This document shows positions 20,501-27,294 of a stretch of 64,000 nucleotides of DNA, piece after piece. The notes under the pieces are model-generated. The model was given only the letters and a program-made list of their open reading frames with translations. It did no database searches and was not told the origin of the DNA. Position 1 is the first letter of the stretch. The number at the start of each line of letters is the position of its first letter. Where the stretch lies: the IMG/VR virus record IMGVR_UViG_3300037361_000044, positions 126,299 to 190,298 of that record. One strand, given 5' to 3'. Position numbers and translations under genes: made by a program. This stretch comes from a virus. Its lineage: Duplodnaviria > Caudoviricetes.

Positions 20501-20915
20501 CAAGCGCAAGCACGTGGAGACCGTGGTGAAGGCCATGAGCAACCTCACCAAGATCGAGGCGGCTGGGGATTACCCAGGTGTCCTCCGCGGGGAGTTTCAT
20601 CCGACTTCTAAGATTGCCGCGCTGAACAGGGAGCTCATCCGGGCTGGAAAGACGCCCATCGAGCACAAGCCTGTACTGAAGGGGGTGGACATCATGCCGC
20701 TTTCGGTGCAGGAAGACTGGATGGCCAAGATGCAGCACATCCGGTTGAGCAAGACCCTGCTCGACGCGGCGGCCACGGGTGGTACATCGAACATCCACAG
20801 CTTGCACCCTATCCCCGGCATGGCCTACGGCGCTGAATTCGGTCTGAATCAGGAGCACGCCAAGAAGCGTCTGGCTTTGTCGCACCTACATGACGTGAAG
20901 GGACACGAGTACTGA
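14514..20915 (+). CDS. rpoBC: Phage DNA-directed RNA polymerase, single-chain beta-beta' fusion
   Basis: beta: MGPGG, HTPEG, GYNFEDG, GDKMAGRYGNKG, LNPSGVPGRMNIGQ; beta': LKRDPALH, YNADFDGD, HGARRG, QLTMRVFHTGG; one uninterrupted ORF. Confidence 0.96.
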   Translation: MAYLDPNEAFDHFRDRTLEAIGKQFPVDGINQVLSLERLEVPDELSPDDIRSQHHAKVNGQTWGVPIIAHLALTNKQTGEVTRSRTRIAELPKVTGRHSHIVNGQEYQVDNQWQLKPGAYVRRRQTGQIETMFQSSKRPSFDVTFDDASKEFKAELPGGKAIVPLYPLLSALGVHDDELERAWGKDILQTNKSSRNVAGAVAQYYKTTKREEPKSHEDAVRHLVDSLKQTDLRPESTDITLGKPIDHVNGDALLRATKRMLAVQRGEAQDDRDSLVFKDLRSVGDFSHDKIMAASGDIRRKMQRKINKATSPRDVVPFEAFNKPIRETFFKNSAAQVAKQINPVEMVSTAQQTTVMGPGGIQSEQQILDEVKFVNASHMGFLDPIHTPEGSKTGVTLRMPISVTQHGHEPRIPLYNMRTGKTEQVGPATFLRSKVVLPDQVTWDGDKPVAKYPAVKWSTTGNEVADGHLKDADYVMKHSSQFFNITSNLIPFVNNTSGGRASMATRHMEQSISLLHREAPMVQVGTGSSTAGSRTFEEIIGSQASHRSPVSGTVKAVKHDAVVVTDHLGKDHEVQVYRNYPLNDAKSVLDSTILVKPGDKVKASQVVADTNFSRNGTIALGTNLRVGYIPYKGYNFEDGVVISESAAKKLSSVHLYKHKVGVDDDTVLAKRHYMTQHPGLYSRDQFSKIGDNGLAVVGSKVQPGDPLVLSMKKAVVKDRTGLSAIRKSLGETYSDRSLTWEGEGPGEVVSSFKKDGEVVVHVRAVEPMQVGDKMAGRYGNKGIVTKIVPDHEMPHTPDGRHIEVALNPSGVPGRMNIGQVLETAASKIAEKTGKPYVVQNFDGTNQLETIQAELKKHGISDVEDLYDPMNKQKLGSALVGNQHMIKLHHQVDKKVSVRSGLNLPGGGVEKYNSNLQPTGGGHSGGQSMDPLGLYSLLAHGARANIREMQTWKSEGPDMSASAAKQWQSQHHDVWDAIQHGDPLPTPKPTFAFKKFTDMLTGAGINIEKHGHEFVLTPLTNQQIHALTGDRVLPKPAELLYAKPDPKTGEPRPKPGGLFDERLTGGHGGKKWSRMTLAEPVPNPVFAESIRMLAGLSNEHYTGLVHGTHVLGADGKVVPMGPGITGQAGGAAVETLLHKVDIDKDLAAARKALDTLPASKVDKTLKKVKRLQALKDAGLGAAEAYILHSLPIVPPAMRPITVMHDGSFKFDDINQLYSQLAQNNSQLQDPTLRDNLLPERRRDLRRDLYDGVGAVMGVGVPYADAAHKGLIHQIQGAAPKTGYFQSTLISRKQDLSMRSTIVPEPALSLDEIGLPKEHAMKLFSPFVVGELRKSGMALNVADAQSMVAKNAPAAQRALQRVMTDRPVLLKRDPALHKYSVQAFKPRVVDGNAIKIHPLVTGGYNADFDGDTMSVFVPIGQDAVAEAHKMLPSNNLFSEATGKVMYQPTLESALGLYKLSRVTDAKVHHVQHPADAIKLVQTGKLSVNDRVQYGGQVTTTGRILMAAALPEPMQQSILGDLHKSLDKKGLDTLLTQVAREHSGDYGSVADKLKDIGNGAASGVVTVEHNNYTGDHRLDPQKRTYVPVGVHTLALSDFTPDIATREHVLAPVRVEVAKIKGSSMTQYAKDAATVRAWSAADQQMQKDHMAKATDKPSNLMTMHLAGVKPGWGQYKQLTLAPMLVADASGRTIPVPITKSYAEGLDTGDYWNQMHGARRGAVMKVQEVREPGYLSKLLMANTMDMVVNGEDCGTTRGIALPVTDSDVHDRILQKDFSVKGVHIPAGTMLTPNLVSRMRAVSPREQIVVRSPLKCEHAKGVCQKCMGLSSDGNMHQIGENIGVSAAQSLGERAVQLTMRVFHTGGTVDTGGGSKVLGEFDRLNQLMMLPKHIADSSTLAMHTGTIEKIEPTATGVTVYISGKKHHVGKDAKGAPLWKPLVDAAPGWAPPKVGMQVTKGQVLSDPLRTLVNPHDLYKATGNMETVQNYLADQVHALYKGEGIKRKHVETVVKAMSNLTKIEAAGDYPGVLRGEFHPTSKIAALNRELIRAGKTPIEHKPVLKGVDIMPLSVQEDWMAKMQHIRLSKTLLDAAATGGTSNIHSLHPIPGMAYGAEFGLNQEHAKKRLALSHLHDVKGHEY

Positions 20916-22168
20916 TGCGCGGAGGCATGAAAGCAGCAAGAGGTGGTCGACACCCCCGCACGGAGTTCCGTACCAGCATGACCTCACCGGAGGGCTTGGG
21001 GGAGACGGACATCTTCATGTGCCGCGTGGTGAATGTGGATCTGGTGAACTACACGGTGGACGTGTACAGCCAGTTCGACCAGATGAGCATCCCAGCGGTG
21101 CCCATCGGCTCTCCATACCTGCACCCGAATCGAGGTGACGGCTTTTCTGTGACGCCGGAGGTGGGTTCGAAGTGCGCGGTGTGCTGGCCGGGGGACAGCT
21201 CCCCTCCTTTCATCATGGCCTTTGTGATGCCGCACGAGACAGTGCCCATGTCGGGCAGTACCGACGCACCCAATGGTACGTCTGATCGTGCCAGCTCCAA
21301 CCAGGCGCCGACTTCTGCAAGCTTTGCTGGGGGTCGTGAAAAGGGCAAACCTGGCGACATGGGGATGCGCGGCAGGGATGGCCAGTTCATTATCCTGCAT
21401 CGTGGCGGGGTGCTGCAGGTAGGCAGCACCGAGCTTGCGCAACGCTTGTACATACCACTGAACAACCTTGTAATGGATGTGGCTGAGAACTACGCCATGT
21501 ACAACTCTGGTGGTTCAATCAAGTGGGGAATACAAGAGGGCGAAGGCGAGACCAAGCTACCAGCTGAGTTCAAGCAGACGTTTCGTGTGTACGCCAACGA
21601 GCAGTACGCAGACGTGCGCGTGGGTGTTGGGCGACTGCATGACCCCGTACCCGAGACGGATGAGGATGGCATCACTGACCTGCAGGCGGCTGGCGTAGGC
21701 AAGACTGAGCCCGTGGTCTACGAGATGGCTTTGGCCCGCAATGGGTTCAAGGCAGAGGACGGGGCGCTTCTGGCAGGCACCGGTAGTCTGGTGAAGCTGC
21801 GTCTCGTATTCGACCGCGCCGGCAACACGTTCATGCGAATGGACGGCAACGTCAGCATCTTGTGCAAGAAGAAGCTGCGCGTGCGTGTGAAGGGCGAGCT
21901 CGAGGTCTTTGCCGACAACTCCTTCAGCATGACGGTGGCTCAGGGGGCCAAGGTCACCGTAGGTGGAAGCTTGGAGATCTCGGCGCCTGTCATTCGAATC
22001 AACGGCGGAGACAAGCCCTTCGCCAGGGTGGGGGACCAGGTATCGGTGACGCTGCCGCCCACGCTGCTCATGGTGTCTCCGACACCACCAGGCTTCTCAC
22101 CAATCCCGCCAGGACTCAACACAACTATCGGCGTAATCACCAGCGGCCGCGCTGACTTCTTGGGCTAA
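20915..22168 (+). CDS. Putative baseplate central spike (gpV/gp5-like) with PAAR-like C-terminus
   Basis: N-terminal OB-like RVVNVD..YTVDV..PEVGS, beta-strand repeats, C-terminal ARVGDQV...GVITSG. Confidence 0.6.
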   Translation: MRGGMKAARGGRHPRTEFRTSMTSPEGLGETDIFMCRVVNVDLVNYTVDVYSQFDQMSIPAVPIGSPYLHPNRGDGFSVTPEVGSKCAVCWPGDSSPPFIMAFVMPHETVPMSGSTDAPNGTSDRASSNQAPTSASFAGGREKGKPGDMGMRGRDGQFIILHRGGVLQVGSTELAQRLYIPLNNLVMDVAENYAMYNSGGSIKWGIQEGEGETKLPAEFKQTFRVYANEQYADVRVGVGRLHDPVPETDEDGITDLQAAGVGKTEPVVYEMALARNGFKAEDGALLAGTGSLVKLRLVFDRAGNTFMRMDGNVSILCKKKLRVRVKGELEVFADNSFSMTVAQGAKVTVGGSLEISAPVIRINGGDKPFARVGDQVSVTLPPTLLMVSPTPPGFSPIPPGLNTTIGVITSGRADFLG

Positions 22169-22813
22169 ATGGCAGTACAAGACATTGGCAGTTACACCTT
22201 GGGTGGCATCAACATCGGCCTAGCTGTGGGCATCGGTTTGATAAACCCGCTGCTGCTCCAGTTGGACCTTATGCTGACTGGGCAGTTCGGGTTGGGCCCT
22301 ATGCTGGCAGACATCCAGCTACAGTTCAGCGCTGCCATCTCGGCCGTGCTGCAGATGTCTCTTGGCATCAGCAACCCCTTCGCGGCGATACAAGCGCTCA
22401 TCCTAGCTGTGGCCCAGCTGCAGGCATCACTGGCAGTGGCCCTATCTTTTGGGTTGCCCACGGTGTCCTTGCAGATAGGCGCACAGATCGCGGCGATGGC
22501 TGCCCTGAGCGGTGCGTTGGCCCTGAAGCTGGGAGGTATCCGGGCGCTCCTTGCGGTGGGGCTGGGCGTGAAGATCCCTGTTGTGAAGTTCGTGGGGCAG
22601 ATGTCTGGGGCACTTAGCGCGGGACCCGCGCACCTGCTGTCCTTCACGGGGACCACATTGGCTGTTGCCGGCGCTGAGATAGCCTCCCAGTTCTCTTCGG
22701 GCCTTGGCCCAGACGATCCCCTTTTACCTACCGACCTGGTAGATGGCATTATCATAGTGACCAAGGACCCTGCCGTTTTTCAGGCGCTGGGCCTATTATT
22801 GAAGACGTCCTAG
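22169..22813 (+). CDS. Highly hydrophobic protein, probably baseplate-associated
   Basis: Almost no charged residues over about 150 aa; abuts spike gene. Confidence 0.6.
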   Translation: MAVQDIGSYTLGGINIGLAVGIGLINPLLLQLDLMLTGQFGLGPMLADIQLQFSAAISAVLQMSLGISNPFAAIQALILAVAQLQASLAVALSFGLPTVSLQIGAQIAAMAALSGALALKLGGIRALLAVGLGVKIPVVKFVGQMSGALSAGPAHLLSFTGTTLAVAGAEIASQFSSGLGPDDPLLPTDLVDGIIIVTKDPAVFQALGLLLKTS

Positions 22814-22825
22814 GAGACCCCTCGC

Positions 22826-24868
22826 ATGCCCCAGCTATTCCGCACCACGCAGCTCGAATTCAACAAGACGGCCGCAGAGACCGCGCTGCCTGAGGAGCCC
22901 AACGCCTGGCCCGATGCGGTGCTCCAGGAACTATACAAGCAGGTACCATACTTGGCTGACTTCGACCTCGAGGTTGTAATGACCGCGGTCGATGGTGAGC
23001 GCGGGTACGGTCTTGGGCATGTGGAGGTCTCGAGCAAGACCGAAGCGCCAATGACCGCGCCAAGTGAGCAGCTTCAAGCTGCGGGCATTCGAAAGTCCCG
23101 TATTCCCGTGATCATCAAGGACAGCAAGCTGCTGCCCTTTGACATCCTGGTCACCGACGACTCCAAGGCGCTGCCCCTTACCGAAGGGCGACTGCGCCAG
23201 GCCATGTTCCGCCCGCAGAACTTCGACGTTACCTCGAAGACGCCCGGAGACCAGTCCATGATCGGCCAGCTGTACCCGCCTTTCCGCCAGAACTACGGGT
23301 TCGGTGGTGGTGGCGTTGCCACCAGCGCAGGCATGGGCGGTAAGACGGCTTCGGTCATGTTCAAAGAGGCGTCTGCTTCCATCCTGACGGGGGTGCTGTC
23401 CACGGCGAATGTCACGGACCTGGCTGCCTTCGGAGAGGCGCTACAGGACGAGATGCTGAAGCAAGCCTTCATCGAGAACCCAGGTGCGTACGACGCGCTA
23501 GTGAAAGTGGCGGAGGCCAAGCCCTCGAGTACTGAGAAGCTGGCGTCGGCCATCCGCTACGGAATCCGCCCCAGTGTTGAGCAGATTGGCAGCGTCGGGG
23601 ACGGGACGTATTTCCGTAAGACCGCAAGCCACCATGCGTGGGACCCCAGCACGGAGATCCTCGACCGCGGGGAGCTGGTTGCTAGGTACGGGGTGAAGTT
23701 GGCGTTGGCCGCAGATACCGCCGGTGCCTTGACCCTCGCGCCCGACGGCGCAGGCCCCGTTGCCGAGGAGCCCGCACCGGGAGCTGGTGCCGGTCCGATC
23801 TCAGCCCCAGGCATGTACCAGGTGCAGACCACGGATGGGCAATCCCTTGCCGGTGCTGTCATCACCAATCTGCTTGATGTGGACGGTACGGCGCTTCCCA
23901 TCTCCCTATTTGTGGATGGTCAGCACGCCGCGGTGCAGTCCGACATCTCTGGCAGCCCCATTGGGGAGTTCTCCCCTCCTGGAGCAGTCCCGGCCGAGCA
24001 GGCCAGTGGTAAGGGCGTGTTCTACTTCGAGGCTGGCGGTATCCCCACCGCCACCATACCGCTGTCCCTTGGGGCCACTGTGGCGCCGCTGCCTGGCGCC
24101 GAGGACACGGCTCACTTCGATGCCCAGACCTTCGATGGCCGTCAAATCAGCGTCAGCATTCAGGGGTATGTCGCTACCGTGGTCGGTGTGGAAGACCAGA
24201 TGATCATTCCCGACAGCTGGCAGTGGATCCCCCTCGACGCCGCGGAGGAGGTCACGCTGGCGGAGACCCCCGGAGAGGTGGGCAAGGTGGCTTCCGTCGC
24301 ACAGCGTTGCACCACGGTGGACATCCTGGCTGGTGGTGTCGATAGCTATGCGCTGCGGGGCATGCCGGTTGAGAAGCTGGCGTCCGATGATCGGAACTTC
24401 CTGACGCAGGACCAGGCGTTATTCGTTTTGGTTGGCTGCGGGGCCGACCCGCAGCAAGCCCAGCAGAAGCTGGCGCAGGCGCTTTCCGTACCCTCCCGCA
24501 AGACCAGCATGCAGGTTGCCAATCAGCTGAAGATGGCCGCAGAGGTGCGGGGTGAAAGCTACCTGCAGGCTTCGAAGTACTTGGACAATATGCCAGTACA
24601 TCGGGTGCGCATGTGGAAGGAAGCCGCGGTCATCCCCGACCCGGTTGCCGTGGACACCGTGCTCAGCCTGGGCTTCCTAAATCCCGAGAATATCTCCGCC
24701 TTCGTTGGGTACCTACCCACACTGGATGAGGCACAACGGCGCATGTGCGAGCTGCTGATTGGGGCACGCTTGGGTCTTCGGGAGCTGTCCGATGGGGCGC
24801 TCGAGCGTGCCATCCGGGCAGTAGAAGATGTAGTTGAAGGCCTCAAGGTCATAGCTTTCCAGGGCTAA
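22826..24868 (+). CDS. Putative head/inner-body protein, K-x-A-rich
   Basis: AGGAGA RBS; 13 of 25 lysines in K-x-A (manual count). Confidence 0.6.
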   Translation: MPQLFRTTQLEFNKTAAETALPEEPNAWPDAVLQELYKQVPYLADFDLEVVMTAVDGERGYGLGHVEVSSKTEAPMTAPSEQLQAAGIRKSRIPVIIKDSKLLPFDILVTDDSKALPLTEGRLRQAMFRPQNFDVTSKTPGDQSMIGQLYPPFRQNYGFGGGGVATSAGMGGKTASVMFKEASASILTGVLSTANVTDLAAFGEALQDEMLKQAFIENPGAYDALVKVAEAKPSSTEKLASAIRYGIRPSVEQIGSVGDGTYFRKTASHHAWDPSTEILDRGELVARYGVKLALAADTAGALTLAPDGAGPVAEEPAPGAGAGPISAPGMYQVQTTDGQSLAGAVITNLLDVDGTALPISLFVDGQHAAVQSDISGSPIGEFSPPGAVPAEQASGKGVFYFEAGGIPTATIPLSLGATVAPLPGAEDTAHFDAQTFDGRQISVSIQGYVATVVGVEDQMIIPDSWQWIPLDAAEEVTLAETPGEVGKVASVAQRCTTVDILAGGVDSYALRGMPVEKLASDDRNFLTQDQALFVLVGCGADPQQAQQKLAQALSVPSRKTSMQVANQLKMAAEVRGESYLQASKYLDNMPVHRVRMWKEAAVIPDPVAVDTVLSLGFLNPENISAFVGYLPTLDEAQRRMCELLIGARLGLRELSDGALERAIRAVEDVVEGLKVIAFQG

Positions 24869-25542
24869 TCGAGTTGCATGAATCGGCGTCCTCTACTTTT
24901 CTTCTGAGGGCGCCGACGGCATCCCTTTGGTGTGTCCACCGCCGCTCGTAGCGGCCAGCCTCGCGCCAACCTATTCAGTACATGCGCCGGTATTCCACCG
25001 TCCCGGCGCCAGGCCGTCAGGTGCTTACTTTCGCCTCCGTACTGGATGATGAAGGAGTCGGTCCTATTCCTTGCCTGCTCGGCTGTGCTAGCCCAGTGGC
25101 AATTGCTTGGAGTGTAGTCGCCGTCGTTGTCTTTTCTTTCTATGCTGTGCTTTCCGGTTGGTCTAGGTCCCATGTCTGCTATGAAATTCTCAAAACGACG
25201 CCAACGCGCGCAGACTTTTATGCCCCTACCGCCGTAGTACTGGTAGCTGTTAGTACTTTTGTTGCGGCAGCGATTCAGCATAGACTGCCAAACCCCGTAC
25301 TCCGGAGTAGTGGATGCGCCATGTGTGGTTCTACGCGCGCTTGCTAGCTCTCTGTGCAGACAGCCACAGGAGTTTGTTTGACCGCGAACCAGGTTCATCT
25401 CCAGCGTGTCTATTGTGTTCCCGCAGGTGCATATGCAAATCCAGGTTGGCTTTGCACCTGTTTTGTACTGCCTACCTAGGCCTCGTCTCAATACCGTTAG
25501 CCTGCCGAACTCTTTTCCGGTAAGGTCTCGATGTACTGCCAT
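24865..25542 (-). CDS. HNH homing endonuclease, antisense insertion
   Basis: DLTGKEFGRLTV, WICICTCG, SCGC, YGGRGIKVC, SIERKDNDGDYTPSNCHWA. Confidence 0.88.
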   Translation of the reverse strand: MAVHRDLTGKEFGRLTVLRRGLGRQYKTGAKPTWICICTCGNTIDTLEMNLVRGQTNSCGCLHRELASARRTTHGASTTPEYGVWQSMLNRCRNKSTNSYQYYGGRGIKVCARWRRFENFIADMGPRPTGKHSIERKDNDGDYTPSNCHWASTAEQARNRTDSFIIQYGGESKHLTAWRRDGGIPAHVLNRLARGWPLRAAVDTPKGCRRRPQKKSRGRRFMQLD

Positions 25543-26527
25543 GATAAGACGCGCTCCAGCTGAAGGTTACTACAAATATCTTATAGTACATCCTCAGGTG
25601 TATGACAACGCGTACATCCAAACAATCGCCCAGGAGTTGAGCTTAGACTACCTGGGCGATTGGTACATCCAGTGGTTGCGTGAGCGGCTGAGACCGCCGA
25701 CCCCGTTCTACCCTGAGGACCTGACGCACGATAAGTCTCAGCGCTTCCTGATGAAGGAGTCTCTGGTGCGTCCGTTCCATCCGGATAAGAACTGGTCCGC
25801 AGTACTGCGACTTTTGAACAAGCCTAGGATTCGGGAGGTCGTGGAGACCATGCTCCTGTCACAGGCGCCATACGCAGCCATCGTCCACGCTTTGGATGTG
25901 CGGCACTCCTTGAAGATCTCAGTGGAAGGTATCCGTCTGTTCAAGAGCTACTTCTGGGACATCGATCTGCTGGACAGCCTGGAGATGCGCACGCTGCTGG
26001 ACCTGCGCCACAGCGGAGCCTTGACGAACGGCAATGACAAGGAAGCGTTGACACAGTTGCCGTCCATCAAGCGCATGCGGCACACGGACCCGAGGGTAGT
26101 TGCATCGCGGCTACCGCATACGCCGTTGGCTGCAGCACTGGCGCAGCTTGAGCTCGGGGTGATGCCGAGAAAGATGGATCTAGGGGTCATTCTTGAGCAG
26201 GCGCAGACGGTGACGTTGCTACGCGGGGCTGAGGCTGCACACAACGGTGGGCCCCTGGGTGCCACCATGTCTCAGTCCTTCTTCAATTCAGCGGAGACCT
26301 TGCAGCGTTTGAAGGGGCTTGTTGTGAACCCAGAGGACAAGCTGCGTTCCGATTTGAAGCGCATCTCGTTGGCTACAACACAGAACAAGGTCCCAACGCT
26401 AGCGCAGTTGACGAACGGCAACCACACAACCAATGTGCATCCTGAACCCAAGGTTGGGATGCAGGTGGCCGACGCCGTATTCGATGAAGTAGAGGAAGAG
26501 GGAGATCCCGATGGAAGTGAATGCTAG
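25541..26527 (+). CDS. Hypothetical helical protein, terminase small subunit candidate
   Basis: Likely start ATG 25541 (MIRRAPAEGYYKY); function inferred only from position upstream of terminase large subunit. Confidence 0.5.
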   Translation: MIRRAPAEGYYKYLIVHPQVYDNAYIQTIAQELSLDYLGDWYIQWLRERLRPPTPFYPEDLTHDKSQRFLMKESLVRPFHPDKNWSAVLRLLNKPRIREVVETMLLSQAPYAAIVHALDVRHSLKISVEGIRLFKSYFWDIDLLDSLEMRTLLDLRHSGALTNGNDKEALTQLPSIKRMRHTDPRVVASRLPHTPLAAALAQLELGVMPRKMDLGVILEQAQTVTLLRGAEAAHNGGPLGATMSQSFFNSAETLQRLKGLVVNPEDKLRSDLKRISLATTQNKVPTLAQLTNGNHTTNVHPEPKVGMQVADAVFDEVEEEGDPDGSEC

Positions 26528-27011
26528 AAGGGTAGACGTGGCAGAGACCAAGGCTGTCTTCGCGGAGCTTCGTGAGAGAGCAGGAGGCCAGGAAGAACCC
26601 GCGGCGCTGGGTAACGTGCTCAACGCTGTGGTGAAGTTCAATCAGGTGCGTGACTACACCACGTTCCTGGCGGAGTACACGTGCTTGGACGGAAACATCG
26701 TCGTGCACTTCTTCCCGCCGCTGGAGGCCTACGTAGGCGTGGGCGAAGCCCGCAAAGTGGTGGAGGAGTACCTGTTGTTTTGGCAGAAGAAGTTCCCGCT
26801 GGTACTTAGTCCAGTCGCCGAGGACTACTTCAAAGCCACGCGCCCGGTGCTTACTGCCCAGTACATCCCGGAGATGCAGAGTTGGTACCTGAAGGCAGGG
26901 GGTTTCGCCAACAGGCTGGATCCCGACGCCTTCATTTTGAAATTCTTCGAGAGATTGGATGCGGGGCTCGATGCGAGCTACCCCTCCCCTTCCCGTGTTC
27001 CTGGGGCTTAG
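26511..27011 (+). CDS. Hypothetical protein
   Basis: GGGAG RBS, coupled ORF. Confidence 0.7.
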   Translation: MEVNARRVDVAETKAVFAELRERAGGQEEPAALGNVLNAVVKFNQVRDYTTFLAEYTCLDGNIVVHFFPPLEAYVGVGEARKVVEEYLLFWQKKFPLVLSPVAEDYFKATRPVLTAQYIPEMQSWYLKAGGFANRLDPDAFILKFFERLDAGLDASYPSPSRVPGA

Positions 27012-27291
27012 GCGGGGAGTACTTGATGTGCAGGGCGACGTGCCCTCGCTTTTGAGACAGCTCATCCAGCGCCCAGTGCGACCGCCTGGCATACCCCCTC
27101 ATGTAGCTACTGGCTGTTTTCCATAATTCTGAGGGTATCTTGGACGTCAGGCGGAATGTAATCTTGAATCCCGACTCGTCTTGGTCCACGGTAGCCTCCT
27201 CACCCCAATGCAGGTTAGATGCCCTCCGTAGTGACGACCACATGTTTTGAACCAGCGTGTATGGATCCTTGGTTGGTGTTGGAGGGTACAT
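26932..27291 (-). CDS. Hypothetical protein, antisense and head-to-head with terminase
   Basis: Only ORF filling 27011-27295; probable ATG 27291. Confidence 0.5.
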   Translation of the reverse strand: MYPPTPTKDPYTLVQNMWSSLRRASNLHWGEEATVDQDESGFKITFRLTSKIPSELWKTASSYMRGYARRSHWALDELSQKRGHVALHIKYSPPKPQEHGKGRGSSHRAPHPISRRISK

Positions 27292-27294
27292 TGA

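Noticed and set aside
14514-20915. Interpretation as a cellular rpoBC locus or host contamination
   Set aside because: No ribosomal-protein neighbours, strongly diverged and reduced, and translationally coupled to a virion gene
25580-25606. CTATAAG on the minus strand upstream of the antisense HNH
   Set aside because: Lacks the G-R-N prefix and the CAA at the 18-19 nt spacing
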